Made by a program: the position numbers and the translations under genes. DNA of 64,000 nucleotides from Tubiluchus corallicola (Eukaryota > Animalia > Priapulida): assembly GCA_030141605.1 (NCBI GenBank), contig JAQGDQ010000306.1, forward strand, positions 218,449 to 282,448. Direction: 5' to 3'. This document shows, piece after piece, positions 14,300 to 28,467 of this stretch (positions within the stretch are counted from its first letter, which is position 1; every line of letters begins with the position of its first letter). The notes under the pieces were generated by a model. It was not told the DNA's origin and ran no database searches. It was given only the letters and a program-made list of their open reading frames with translations.

Positions 14300-14950
14300 G
14301 ACACATAGGTGCATTGAACGCGTTTTTAGAATGCCTGAAGTATTAATTGATCTGAGAAATTCTCCTGAAATTCTTCGTCTCTCTGGAGAACGCTTTCTGA
14401 TGGAGAGAGGCGAAGGTTATAAATTTTTTGGAAAGGTCATTTCGAAAGAGCTGGAAGACTTCATGGAATAGCTATATAATGCCATCAAGAACTCTGCTCC
14501 GTTTTTTACCTAAAATACCTACAGGCATCAGCGAGGTGAGCGAGCGACTTACGCATCTTCGCACTCCGCTGTCCAAGTGCTCCAACGTAACAATATTTAA
14601 TGCTTACGTGCGCACCTCGAACTCTGACGATTACAAAGATGCCTCCTATGAAGATATGGACCAGGAGACCCACAGAGTACCAGATATGGTCACAGTCGTC
14701 CTCCTAGCTAAGCTTAATCCGAGAGTGGCTCTCATTATGTTCAGAAAACGACGTGTATTACATCTTTAAGCAGCTAAACATTCTTAAGGGCAACCATGCT
14801 TATTCACCGCTGGTGAGCCATGCGGGAGGCGTGCTGGACTGACCACTGCTTTGTTCGATCCAAGCTCTGCCTCACAACCCGACCCACACAAAGACGATCT
14901 CAGTGGACAAAGCATTTGAAGGTCAAAGAGCTTAACAAATCCAAAACTTT
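14300..14950 (+). mobile_element. Degenerate RTE-clade LINE apurinic-endonuclease fragment (boundaries approximate)
   Basis: ORF 14428..14769 contains SERLTHLRTPLSKCSNVTIFNAYVRTSNSDDYKDASYEDMD...VVLLAKLNPRV. This is a decayed form of the RTE endonuclease pattern SERLMxLRLPL...ATIISAYAPT...KDxFYEDL...LILLGDFNARVG. Confidence 0.75.
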
Positions 14951-17826
14951 GTAAAACTTCTAAACGCGAATTGCCGAAGTGGTCAACAATCTGACCTTCT
15001 AGGTGGTGGCAATGTGGAGCACACCGGGATGCTTTTGTGTTTCAGGTTTCAACTACTGCTGTTGAAGCTCTAGGTACAACCCAAATTCTTCAAATTTTAT
15101 ACTACTCTTTATAATAAAAAACGCAATGAATTTTAAGGTATAATAGTGTTCTACCAGATTGTTATTATACATGTATTTTGCAGCTAAAGGAACTTCCGAA
15201 AGAAAATACATATAGTTGATCGCAAAACTGGTCACAATAATGCGCAATTTATCAAGCATAACAACGGTCGCAATACTATGCAAGTGATCAGGTATAATAA
15301 CGGTAAACTAAGAAAAACTTTAGCAGAACTTTTCTTCTGTATAGAACCCTGAATTAACTATTAATCAAAATAAACAAGTGCCCTCAGGCTCATAGTAAGT
15401 AAATACCTAAAGTAAACTTTTTTGTCCGACAAGAAACAAACGCGTCCTTTTTATCAAAATTGCCGGAAAAACAACTTGTCAGAAGTTGCAACGGAACGGA
15501 TGTAGTTATTAAGCGTATTTGGCACTATTACCCCGCCTGCTCAACATATTTCTGGGACTGGCACTTCTTTCTACCAGCTCGTGGATCTGTAAATGCCAAT
15601 CACGATTACTCGGTTAGCAAACCACACAGACAGACAACTCTGTTTATTACAAGTCTACTAGTAGGAATCGCATTTTCCACTGACTGCATTACCTCGATCA
15701 TTCCTCGGTAAGGCAATTTTTCTTCGTTTTCTGTCTACCTGACACGCGTTAGACGTAATTAAGTTGTACAATAGTAAGCGCTTGCTAACCTAATAACATT
15801 AACCAAGTGTCAGTCAAAACTACAGTTATGTGCCTTTGATGATTACCTAGCTAAGTTAAGACGGGGGCGTAACTATGCACTCGCAGGTACCCCCGTTGCG
15901 GTTGGACATAACGCCCGCATAGGAAAGGAACTCCTGCAAGATGAATAAAAGAATCATATTTCACGGGGGTCTAGCACGCAAAAATACATGTGTTCAAAAC
16001 ACACTTGCAAATTATAAAGATAGCGACCACAATTAAATTTAATGCCAACCCCGTCACTTGTGGCTTTTGCTACTTTCATTAACGACTAGCCACAAAACAT
16101 ATTCCTCTCAAAAATAGTCGTGCACACATTCAGCACTTTCAACCAATGCCTCATCTGCTAACCAGCACAAAACTCTGTGAGAAGCAAGGAGAAGACAATT
16201 TTTTTAAATATTATAAGCCAAACTTAAAGATCAATAAGCCTTCAAAGGAAAGTAAGGTTGCACTGAAATAATTACTGTTGAAGAGCTTCTACATTTTAAA
16301 GCAGACATGACAGTCCCTGTAAATAAACAAAGCAAGAGAAATGTTATCACATCACTTTTATTCACAAACAATATTTTAAACATCTGCATAGTTAACATAA
16401 TTATATTCACAAGGCCATTAACAGAATAGGAATTAATTTACAAATGTCTACTGACTAAACAAAATGGATAGGAGCACGAAGATACACAGTTATAATCAAG
16501 TAATTAATGTATACAAGCAAGCAATATATACATATATATATACATATATATGCATAAATATTAACAGTAATTATTAGTTTCAACGTTTTAGTTTCCACTA
16601 AAATTTACACCAAATACCCCAGATCACCAAATACACATAAGTTAATAAACAACAACAAAAAAAATAATGGGTTACTTTTGCTCAATGTATTTACTGAATG
16701 AAAGCTGTATTTTATAAAAATTAATAACATAATGCTATTATGAGAATATTATTCAAATAGTGAATAAGTCATTATGTCAACACAAACTATTTCAAAAAAC
16801 AATCAGCTAGCTAACAGCAGTACTTCTACACTATTACTAAAAATGCGCCAAATTCAGGAAGAATAAGAGGAATGTACTAATATAATGTAATTATCATAAT
16901 TTTGCAGTATGCATCTTATATTCATAACTAATTAGCCCAAGTTACTTTAACTTTTATCAGCAGTGAGTCTAACACAATATAAAAAAATTTGACATAAAAT
17001 TATAAATTTTTAATGCACTAAATAAATAAAGTTATAATCTGAATCACTCACCTTTGTCATAATGATAATAAATTTTAATGGTAAACTTAGTCAATAGTTA
17101 AGGCTAGGATACATAAAGCAGCTAAATAACCACTCTAACAGATTAATAAATTTTACATTAAAGATGCACGAAATCATGCAATAGAATCGAAATATCCAGC
17201 TAGCATCCAACAGTAAATTTTGAACCACAATGGTATGGTACTAGTTCAAGGCATATTTTTACACATACAGACACAGCTCACAAAATAACTACTATTATGC
17301 AACAACCTAATAGCAAAAACTACATTTTACACATTGTATGGCCAAGTCAAGCCACAACATTACATTAATTAAGAGCGCTTCACATGTAATTTATCTACAG
17401 CCATCAACTTACATGAAAACCTTTCAACACTAATTCAAAACTAGATTCACATACACAAAAATGTTTCTTTTCACCATCATTTTTACCTCATTTACGCTAC
17501 AAGACTTCTAAAGTCGTATTACAAAATGCAAAATGCAGTAATCATTTTAGTGCATTTTGTGTTAAAATGAAACAAGGTTATACGCTAGCACACTATGCGA
17601 CAAATAAGTTTTAATGGGCCTCTAGTTAACCGTGGGCCCTAGGCCAATGGCCTACTATGTTTATTGGTAAATGTGGCCCTACTTACAGTGAAATTTACAA
17701 TTTTCGACCCATTGGCTAATCAGATAATGAGACACTTATAAATTGAAATTATGGTAATCACTATCATAATTTCAATTTATTAACTTCATTCAGACATTTC
17801 TTATCCTAAATGCAGTTTAGGCGATT

Positions 17827-18054
17827 TTAGTCCATCTTTATTCTTTGGCTGGTCATTCGGTATATAATGCTGTCTCTTCCAGGGTCCATAGTCCACAAAG
17901 CATAGCAGATAGCATACAATGCTAAAACTATCGCTATGGATGTCCACAAGAATATATTGAATACGACAGGAAACATAGCATCCACATCACCAGCCAAGTT
18001 TATGTCAGGAGCACTGGAATCCTTACTTGTATCAACACCAGCAATTTTTGATTC
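17827..18054 (-). CDS. ATP6AP2: ATP6AP2 / (pro)renin receptor coding exon 8 (TM helix and cytosolic tail)
   Basis: Acceptor tttatacag|GAA. INLA...[10 protein letters not shown]...[22 protein letters not shown] matches the ATP6AP2 C-terminus [20 protein letters not shown]. Confidence 0.95.
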   Translation of the reverse strand, partial: [75 protein letters not shown]

Positions 18055-21000
18055 CTGTATAAAATAAAAAAAATAGAAATTATAACAAGTTATCATATTA
18101 AAACATTGTGAGTTATGATATTAGTTCAATCAGCCGAATGCAATTTGTATTCCTGCATATTTTGAGCATCTGATAAAAACTGTATTTTGGAATAATGACG
18201 AATAACGAGAAGAGAAAGCAAAAATTATTACTATTATTCTCAGTATTAACACAACTGAATTACTTATAAAATGTAAAAACAAAAATTTAAGACTAATAAG
18301 TTTCTGTGCACATACTAAGAAAATAATAATAAAATAACAAGCTAATACAAATGAATCAAAGTGAAATTTGTTGATAAAATCTGGCATTTTAGTGCAGTAA
18401 ATCAGGGCCGGTTTAACAGTTTGCGGGCCTAGACCAGCTGAAAAGTGCTGCTCCACCTGCACCACCCGATATTTTCTAGAAGTGTAGGCCTGGAAGTTTT
18501 GAAACTTTTATCATGAATTTTATTATTTCTGGATACTCTGAATAAGTATTATCATAAGTATTTAGTTTAAACTTCATACTTAGACAAATTTTCACAAAGT
18601 TGATAACACTAGGTTTGATTATTTTATCCAGCACATAATTTAACAAAACACACCGAACTAATTACGCGATGTTATGGATGTTTATTTTTCAGGTATTTCT
18701 GCCTTGCCTAAAAGACATTACTATTCAAAGACAATTTTCTTCATTTTTGCCGTTTTTATCACAAGTTATATAAAAAGCAGGGTACATAATTAAGCCTATT
18801 AAGCAATGGTGCGGCAAACTTCTAAAGTGAGAGAACTTAGGTCAGGATCTGGTTAGCTTATGCAGTAGTTCACACCTATGGTCAATAGAGTACGTAAAAG
18901 CAGGATGTTTCCTTTGTTTATAAACCAGTATAATGGTTATAAGTAAATTTAAACTGAAATTGTGACTGTTATTTTTATTATTGATTTTGTGTGTGTTCAC
19001 TCAGACTATTTTTACTGTTATTACTTTAAAATTCTGTTGATTCAAGGAATTGAAAAACCACTCCCAACTTTTTCATTATTTATAAAATTGTTGAATAACA
19101 ATTTCTAAAACATTAAAGTAAGAAAAATCTACTTGCAATATTTACATTCCTAACTTTCCATTATTTACACAATGTCGGAGTGACCATCTCAGAAAATTCA
19201 GCTAACAAAATCTATATGTAAGAAGCCTTAGACGTTCACGGTCCAGTCAAAGAGAGCCCTAACTAATCACGACCAACAATGCAAACAGCCATTCACAAAC
19301 CATTCGTAAAATGTTTCACAATGACCTAACAATTCATCAGCGTTCATTTAATTTAGCACAACTGCCCTTCTCATGGTGAATTTATTGATAAATACCGCAT
19401 ATAATCCAGTCATTTTCTACCATTACGCGCTCATTTAAAAAGACCGATGAGGCAACAAACCGCACAAAGGACGGCTAATACCAATACAAAACTTGAAAGT
19501 TTTCATTAATTACGCAAGACAGTAATCAGTCAACAGTTGGTGGCTGCAGCCCGGCCCACAACGTCTATCAGCCACGGCTATCTATTACAGCTGCCAATAA
19601 GCTGGCAAAATATCCTCAATTGATCGTGCAAGGTGCATTATCCGGCGATTACTTTTGCCACATTATACTTTTCGTGGCTATCCAATGATTGTCCGCATGA
19701 TTTATTGATACGGATGTCTAAATAGTAATACAGACATTTAAATTTAATCACGGTTAAACGCGGCCGAGTGCTCGCAGCAATAAACATGTCTTGTACAATA
19801 GTGCAGCATTAATCATTCTGCTGCTCTGACAAGATTTATACATCATCAGTATAATCGTTATGGAACGCTTATGAACTAATTTAATTTGGCTCAATTTCGT
19901 TGTATTCAATAGGATATTACGGCTCCGACTTGGCGTTATTGAATAGTGAGCCGTGCACAAGAGACGAGCTGAATGGGGAGTTAAAGTGCCCAATAGCTAG
20001 CCCAACAATTGGAAATATATGAGAACAAATTACGAGTTTTCTGAAAGACTGGATGCGCGAGGAAAGAAATCTTTTGCGCGGAGATCTATGAATTCATTCC
20101 AACTGAATGTGGAGTGTAAAGAGACGTAATTCTGTGAACACTAGGAAAGATGAATAAAATAACATTATCAGATAGATCAATGTTATTTATGTTTCAGCCA
20201 CTGCCAAATCGGCAGATATTATTTGCAATAGAATTCGTTGACAAATAAGTCATCAAATCAAAACATTTAGATAAACATGTCCCAATATACTTAGTTTTAC
20301 ATAGTTACTTATGCTTTAGTCCTGCTTAGCAATGCAAAATAGGGCGACCCATGAAAAAAGAACAAATTCAGAGTTTGATCAGTAAATAGATTAATTATTG
20401 TCCGAAAAACTGTATCTGGGTGGTTTCACATGTCATGTTACCCTTGTATTTACGTCAGGGTGTATATGGATCAAAATGAGGTGAAGATACCTCTGCCAGA
20501 TGAACAAAGTTCAGCTCATGCCATGACCATTTACATTATATTGACTGCTAACTTAAAGAGTACCAAATTATACTCAGTGCCAATAAGCACAATCCTTCCT
20601 ATTAAAAAAGCTGTTATTATGTTCCTATTATTATGGATTAATATTACGGTCTAATAAAATATTTGAGAGATTTATTCGTTCTACATCAGCAGGAAAAACT
20701 TAGGTGGTGGAAAACATAGCTATGAAATGGACAGTTTTTTGCACAGGGATTTAATGATGTTCACTATTAAGGAAATAATGTCTTTTTGAGACTAACAAAT
20801 CTACATAAACTCTATTAGACGAGAACATAAAACTCACTCAAGTGAAAGTTCACATCACACAGATGTGTGACAATTTCAGCAAAGTGTTTCCTAATGCGTG
20901 TTTATGTGCCCCAACAGCAAATTTAACAATTATTAGCAATATAAAGGCAGCTCTATTCTCTTTATAGCTTCTCTTATAATGAGGGTTAATATCAGAAATT

Positions 21001-22344
21001 TGCTATACGTGACAATTACAGTCACATCAGTGACACCTTCTAATAGTAATTTATGATCTAATGTTTGGTTATTTTATCACTACTTGCACAGAAGAGACAA
21101 ATTTTTAGCTACCAGGAAATTAAATTAATGTGCAATAGTTCCTACAAAAATGCATTACTGACATTAGGTCTTCAGTTTTATTCAATACTTTTGCTGTAAA
21201 ACATGAAATGTTTTTATCAACATGCTCGTGGTATGCTGTTTTGTAAATCCACTTAAAAAAATAAACTTTATGTAGAATGTGGAAATTGTATTCAACTTTT
21301 CTGAACTTCACCACAGAGAATATTCTTATTTCTAAGTAGCAGGCATTCATGCTTACAATTCTCACATTCAAATCTTGTATCACAAGGTAAGCATGCCTTT
21401 CCAGTCGCTAATCATAATGATGCTACTAAAACAAAGATACAGCTAAAAAGTGTTAAATATCATAACCGCAACACACCAAAACTCAGCTATGATCGATTCA
21501 CACAGTCATTCTTATACATAAAACTTACAGCTCACAATCATCTAGAAAAATATTCTAGCAACTTTAGTCACATGGTCATTTTTAATCTCCTTATAACTGG
21601 TAATGTATAACATGAGCAATTCATCAGGTAAACTGGTTGAGTAAAATGCATGCAATATGTAATTGAATATTATCCTAATTTAACAGTCTTTAGTGAATGT
21701 GATACATCACACTGATATATAGCTAGCACTTTAATTGAACCACTTTACTAAATGATCGTCAGTAAATGTGAAAGCCACTCACAAGTTTTATATGCTCAAA
21801 TTCATCATAACCGAATTAAATAACATTATTCAAGGAGTATGTCGTATAAATTTGATTTGCGTTTGTTTAATTCGAACAGTTGAAGTCGCGAATACAAATT
21901 GCAAGAGAAGAACTGCCACCAGCAATGCGATCAAAAGGAATAACCAGTGAGGCAAAATCATCAAAAAATTTAAACACTTCTTGTTATGATAACCAAATAT
22001 CACTTAAAGTGAAAAACAAATTAAGAAAATAGATAACAAATTCGATGAAATACTAGCCAGAAATTGTACACAATAAAAACAATTATGCATAGCGATTGAA
22101 TGCATAACACCAAACGTGTACAATCTGTACATTGCATAGGCAGCAGGTAGAACTTGTTGTAGAATACAGTATAATTAAAGTGCACAGTACATCAGAAATG
22201 TATACAGATAATGACAGCTCGACAAAAACAAGAATTTTAGAGTTACTGTTGTGTTCATGCCTAAAAACATACTGAGGAGTCGGTTTGGCTTGAACCGACC
22301 AACAATCTAATTATGTACATAATAACAGATGTGATGCAAAAATC

Positions 22345-22708
22345 AATGCCTACACCCACTTAAGTATAGACATGGTTCCATTTAATTAAACACAATGATC
22401 TGTTGTACCAACAGCAACATTTCAAACTTTAACCTGGTCATGTTCATGCATTCCTACCTAATAAAAATACAATATACAGTGCATGCAAATTAATATAGCG
22501 TGAAAACCCACATTATCAAAAACAATCATATCAATGTTTTAGTTTTTTGTGGGTTTTTGATCTCTGTATTAATTTCTATTTATTATATTTTTATTAGTTA
22601 GGAGTGCATGAACAATTGAACATGACCAATTTAAAAGCCGAAATGTTGCAGTTGGTACAGCGGAAGAAAAGATGGAATCATGTCTACCCATAAATGGGTG
22701 CTGGCATT
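22345..22708. mobile_element. Old palindromic (foldback/MITE-like) element in ATP6AP2 intron 7
   Basis: About 130-bp degenerate inverted arms, e.g. gtaccaacagcaacatttc...tggtcatgttca vs tgaacatgacca...gaaatgttgcagttggtac. Confidence 0.6.
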
Positions 22709-23019
22709 TCTTTTTATTTTAAGTTGCCCCGTCACCAATCAGACATGACATATTATGCAATTTGTATTAATATAATTAAAAGAAAACAATTCACCGTTTC
22801 TTTTAATGTGTTCTGTAAAATTCTGATTATTAGTTACGCCAGTAGTGACTTTGATTACAATTAGCCGTAGACAATTGCTATGAGAAGTTGATGACTATTA
22901 TTGTACACTAATTATTATAATTCCTTTTGACATTTATCCTGGGGTTTAATTTTATATCTATTTGAACTAATACTTCATCTACATAACATATTTGAACTAA
23001 TACTTAGTCCACAAGCGAG

Positions 23020-23250
23020 CTATTTATACTCATAAAATTAGTTCAGTCCTATTAAAGAAATAAAATATAGTTAATTAAACAATTGATCCTAAGCAAAAAT
23101 AATTATTCGATCCATGTCAAATTACTTCAGTACTATTAAAGAAATAAGATGTGCTTAATTAGAGTATTGATCTTACGCAAGTTATCTACTCCATTAACAA
23201 TTACTTCAGTCTTATTAAAGAAATAAAATGTATTTAATTAGACTAACTGA
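23020..23250. repeat. Degenerate ~80-bp minisatellite, 3 copies
   Basis: Core ttcagt(c/a)(c/t)tattaaagaaataa recurs near 23042, 23126 and 23205. Confidence 0.75.
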
Positions 23251-24882
23251 CAAAACTTTTTAAACCAGAACGTTAAATATGGCCACCTAATTAATTGCAG
23301 AAGATTTCTTGGTGTAGTGAAACCCGGACTCACATAAAGCCGAATGGTGATTAGTAAGTGACAAGCAGGGCAATTCTGTACTAATTTATGTCACGTCAAT
23401 TTCTGATTAAAGAAGATGAGAATCATTAAAGAAAAGTTACATAGGGGAGAGGGCTTAATGAATGGCTTTCAAACTTTAAGCAAATTGAATGTAAGAATAT
23501 ACAAAATCTACAGTGACTGACAAAGATAGACAACTGCTTCAAATTGACATTTCATTCAAAACTTTAAAACTAAATACTACAGGACAGTACTTGTCCTAAG
23601 GGTGAAGGAGAACTATCTTCAGTTATGCTACTTTTTTCCAATGCGGCATAGCTGGATTTGGTAAAATCAAAGTAACACAGAGAAACAATGCCATGAAAAA
23701 CATGTTTAAGTTTTCTCAGGTTGGATGCTATGAATAAAACTTGTTATTTTGTCCAAACTGAACCAGTACTTCAGCATTATGGCATCATAAGGACTCAAAA
23801 ATAATATTGTATTTGCATAACCTCAATTTTCCTACCCTATAACTTGGATTTTGTACAGTCCAATATCTGTATATGAGTATGTTTCTACTGCTCCGTTTCT
23901 TCTGGAACACCTTTCAGTAAGCCTTTCACTGTACCTGGCTCTCATTACATTTAAACGTAATAAGCAGAATGAGTAGCACTGAACACACTCAGTCAATGTA
24001 AACTTTATACATTTGCACAGCACCGAATTTTCATCAGACCTTTCTGAAACCATTCAGAATGTAATAATAACCAAATGTGGCTAATAGGCCTCTGCCGGTT
24101 TAGCGTCTCATTTTAGAGGATTTATCTTGATAATAAGTAACAGTACGCTCATTTCACTTAGTTCTGGTCAAAACAATCTACTCTTTAAAATATTGAAAAG
24201 GAGCATACTATTTCTCATTCGCTCCGCTAGTTATTCACTATTACATACATTTCACCATTCGTTAGTTAGATGGGCACTAGCGCCTGCATTTTGGAAACAT
24301 GTTGCACAAAAAACAGGTGCTATACTTCTCAGTTCAGAGGTGTCCATTTGCAAAGTAGTGCAATGTGTCAGTACAGAGGTAAATTTGAAATTTGAGTTTT
24401 TTTTTCTTACAACTTGCCAAGTTCTAGTATAACACATTGTATCTCTTACTGCACTATATACTTCAATTTTTGCTGTTGCCAATACGTGCAACTCGTTTAT
24501 GAAATTGTTCTAGCTGTTGAAAATTATATTAATTTGTGATGTCATAAATAGTTAAATTTGATAACTAAGATAACTAATAATCAATAATTAACTAAGATTT
24601 TAATCTTTTATTGATCAGAAATGCTTTTGCAGTATTACTGTTATTAAAATGTATACTTTTTACCGTACTTCAAAATGGGGTAGGATATGAAAAATCATCC
24701 CGTTTTCCTTCAAATACAGACCTTGCCACTGTGTACGTGATTCCAGATGGCAAAGTGTCGAATTTTACAAAAAAAATCAATAATTACACAGATTTCTTTC
24801 TTATCACACTGTGGAATCAATTTGATTTACTGGAACAAACTTCAACAACTAATTACTAATTTCAATATAAAGAAGTACTTGC

Positions 24883-24996
24883 CTTTGAGTCAGTAGCTTC
24901 CCGGCGTTTTCGACTTGTATGCACTGTTTCACCATTTAAAGTAATTACTTCATAAACGTAATTGTCTCCATATACATATGTCATAGAATTTTGCAG
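24883..24996 (-). CDS. ATP6AP2: ATP6AP2 coding exon 7 (furin site RKRR; GC donor)
   Basis: ttttag|CTG; LQNSMTYVYGDNYVYEVITLNGETVHTSRKRREATDSK; ends AAG|gcaagt, phase 0, in frame with exon 8. Confidence 0.88.
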
Positions 24997-26526
24997 CTAA
25001 AATAACAAAAAAGGTCAGTGACAACAAAAAAACAGCCACTCAGTGTCGCACTATAGTATAAAATTTTGGCTCACGCAAGCATACGTATACTGCTTTTAAA
25101 TTAACAATTGCTTACTATTATATCTAACATTTGGATAATAAACAAAATACGGTTACACAAGCTTAATAGTTGGAAAAAATCATATCAGAGAGTCAGGCAC
25201 TGATGCTTTGTTCAGTTGTAGGTGTTTGCAGAAGCACCATAAATTGCATAATGTACAATTAATACATAAACAAATTACAAATTTCCAAATAATAATTTTA
25301 GTTAGTGTGTTAAACATGGAAACACCTACATTGCCTTATTCTAAGATTAGTGTGGAACATATATTATCATTTATTAGTCATTTCTACATTGATGCAGAAG
25401 GCGACAATTTAATTTAATGTCTGTCCATATTGTTGACAACGGTCAGGCCAGTAAACAAATGAAATTCATGACCCATACACCATAGTGACAAAAAAAAAAT
25501 TTCAGGATGTCGGTTATTACATTTATAAAAATTAATAAACAATTTCCTGATAATTATCAGAACAATAATTCCAGTTTTCATAGTACCTTCTTAACTGACA
25601 TATAAATTGATAAAATGTGATGAACGACACAGCACTGCCTTGCCAGTCGTTACAATCATGTGGTGACACCCAGTGAAAAGCATGGAAGATAAGTATCAGA
25701 TTTTCAAATGACTCAAATTATGATGCCATAAGTGTCTCTCGAATGGCAATAATTTTAAATAGCAAGAGACATTACTTTACTTTCGTGACACTGGAATTAC
25801 TATGTTTTAATAAACATAAATATATCTACATAAAGAACTTTTTTCTGTTATTATTGTGTTTGTGTTGTCATCATTTCTACTACGTTTGAGGCATTCCATC
25901 CTATGTATAGAACAATGTTTTCTTATGTTGTATTTACTATAATATGTCTTATGTTGTATTTACTATGTCTTAAATATATGCTTAATAAACTTTTTGTCAA
26001 AAAAGTCAAGAGCAGTAGTTGCAGGATACAGAAAGCTTAATATTCGCAACAACTAACTACTACATAAAAGAGCACCGAAAATAGTATGTTTCCACTTTGT
26101 GTTTATTGCTTTTTTAATAAAACACATGCCTTTAATGATCTAATTTTGAAAGACAGGCACATTACAATTAATTAATATAAAGTATGTTAATCAGTATCTC
26201 TGCGAGATAGGAAACCCTTTGGTGACAGATCGACAATTGAAAAAACTGTTTCAATTGAAATCATGTGTTCCAGAAATTTTCAGTCGGTATATATTTGTTG
26301 TGCCAATAATTGCCATTTTAGCACAAAATTAGTAAATGCAAGAAATTGACGATCGATAATAAGTTCATTAATACATTAAAAGTCTGCATGGTTGAAAGTT
26401 AGACCATTCTAAAAAAATAAGAAACATTCTGAGGTAATAAACACATTCAGATAAATCAGACACCTCTTCCTTAATTTGGCCTTGAATAAAATTCACTATA
26501 ATTTTCACAAAAACAATTCTACTCAC

Positions 26527-26676
26527 ATTGTATAAGACAATGCGTAAAACAGTCATGGCACTGTGCGCAGAAAGAGAATCTAAACCATGTTCATCTGCAA
26601 TGGCTTTAAAACTGGAAACAGTTATTTGAAACAAATCTGGAATGTTGTTTTGCAGGTCTTCTCTGTGTTTTTCCAG
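26527..26676 (-). CDS. ATP6AP2: ATP6AP2 coding exon 6
   Basis: aatttcag|CTG; LEKHREDLQNNIPDLFQITVSSFKAIADEHGLDS...VLYN (cf. human LSRHKHLAKDHSPDLYSL); donor AAT|gtgagt. Confidence 0.88.
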
Positions 26677-27551
26677 CTGAAATTTGAGCAAAGCAAGATC
26701 ATTCATAAGATAATCTGGCAAAAAAAAATCACTCATGATTATTCCAATAAGTAAACAAAAATTAATTGAAAATACTTGAGTACGTATCGTATAACTTGCA
26801 TTACTAAAGACAACTGAAAAAATGCTGCTACTTTCCCTCTAAGAAAATCTTTAATGCAATAGTTAACTTTCTAACTACAAAGCAAACGAAAAAAGGTCCA
26901 AAATTTTTTTGCAATTCCATAGCTGAATCAAAATGGAGTATATAGTTTTCCATGTAGTTGAACAATAAGCCAATGACTAATCGTTTTTTCGCATAGCCTA
27001 TCAACTCAATGATGATAATTCATCCATGGCAAGCAACGACAAAACCATATCAACTGGCAAGCAATGCCATACAAAACAAATTACGTTTTTGGCCCACAGT
27101 ATGGCCAATTCCTGATTCGTATCGGCTGAATGCTTTGATCTACATTGTCGTATGCTCCGCTATTGCGCAAAATTTTGAGGAACACACGCATGCATGCACT
27201 AACACACATGGGTTGGCTCCTTGCACATTTGGGCAATTTTGTTACAAGCCAAATTATGTATCCCGATTTGCACTGGCTTCATGATATGAAGTGTGCTACC
27301 ATAACAAAACATCTTTGTGTCAAATTTCAGCTTCCCAGCTGCTTTACAATCCGAGGTAGTGCCCTTTTTTGAAAACACATTGCATGATCAATAACGAAAA
27401 CAGCAACAACATCAGAGTAACATAGACCTCCTTATAGGTTATTTTGCAAGCGAGTAACCAAAAAATGTTCATTTGTAATAGAAATGCAAATGTATGCACA
27501 AATATTTTCCATGTTCTATGATCAATAAACATAAAAAAACCCAAAACTTAC

Positions 27552-27752
27552 CACATTGCCGAACTGTTTGATTATTTGCATTTCAGACAAAAAGTACAGA
27601 TCTGCATGATTTGTCAAGTTCAAATTACCAAAGTCTATCTTGTTTAAATCATGCAGCAGAGAGCTAGAGCCATGCAAAAGTTTCTGAGCTTGCTCGAGAG
27701 TTGCTGGAACATCGCTGAATAGATCTGAACTGTCTGTCCAAATACTCACAAA
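27552..27752 (-). CDS. ATP6AP2: ATP6AP2 coding exon 5
   Basis: ttttgtag|TTT; ...LNLTNHADLYFLSEMQII (cf. human LSRNNEVDLLFLSELQVL); donor GTG|gtaagt. Confidence 0.9.
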
Positions 27753-28467
27753 CTACAAAATTTAATATTTAGATGAAAAGAATAAACTCATTGAAAACTA
27801 AGTATTACAGATCTTTTCTATAATCTTCATAATTTACAATGAGCAACTGATTAATGACACTAACTTTCAAATAGCTGAAATGAGTTTTTCTTTTTTCAAA
27901 ATATTCTTATTTAAACTCACAAGTATAGAACAAAATTGTGCATGATCATTTAAGTGCTTTTAGGAAATTACTTCTGCTGACAAATGAAAGAAAAAATTTT
28001 GACCAAAATAACAATAACTCACATTTTGTTTTGCATTGTAATTAAAGTAAACAATGTTCAACAAAAAAGAAAGGGGCACGTTATCTGAAAGTAAATGCCA
28101 CTGGAATCGAATTTATTCTGAAAGCATAATAACAGGAATTCTCAATTTGTTCAAATTGTTCATAAATTGGGAATAATTTACAGATAAAAGGTGCCACACA
28201 GTTGAACAGTAGCATGAGTCTCAGATATACATATCTCACACTGTAGGGGTGCATCAGATCCGGACATGGATATCAGATTAAGCCAAACATTTTGGCAGGA
28301 TGCAACGAAATTTAATGAAATACAGAACATTAATGTCATTGCAGTCAAATTACGATCATAATCACATGCAACTACTAAACATTCAATGCGTGAAACATAT
28401 GTATGATTCAGCCATTTGGCAACTATGCTGAATAGATTTGACGTATTGAAGGCTTGAAGCAAACTTC

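Noticed and set aside
17610-18435. GGCCC-rich transposon-end-like fragments on either side of ATP6AP2 exon 8 as one element capturing the exon
   Set aside because: The ends face away from each other and share no TSD; more likely two unrelated fragments.
26677-26736. Longer ATP6AP2 exon 6 using the ttttgccag acceptor at 26715
   Set aside because: It gives phase 1 whereas exon 5 ends in phase 0. The 26676 acceptor restores frame and homology.
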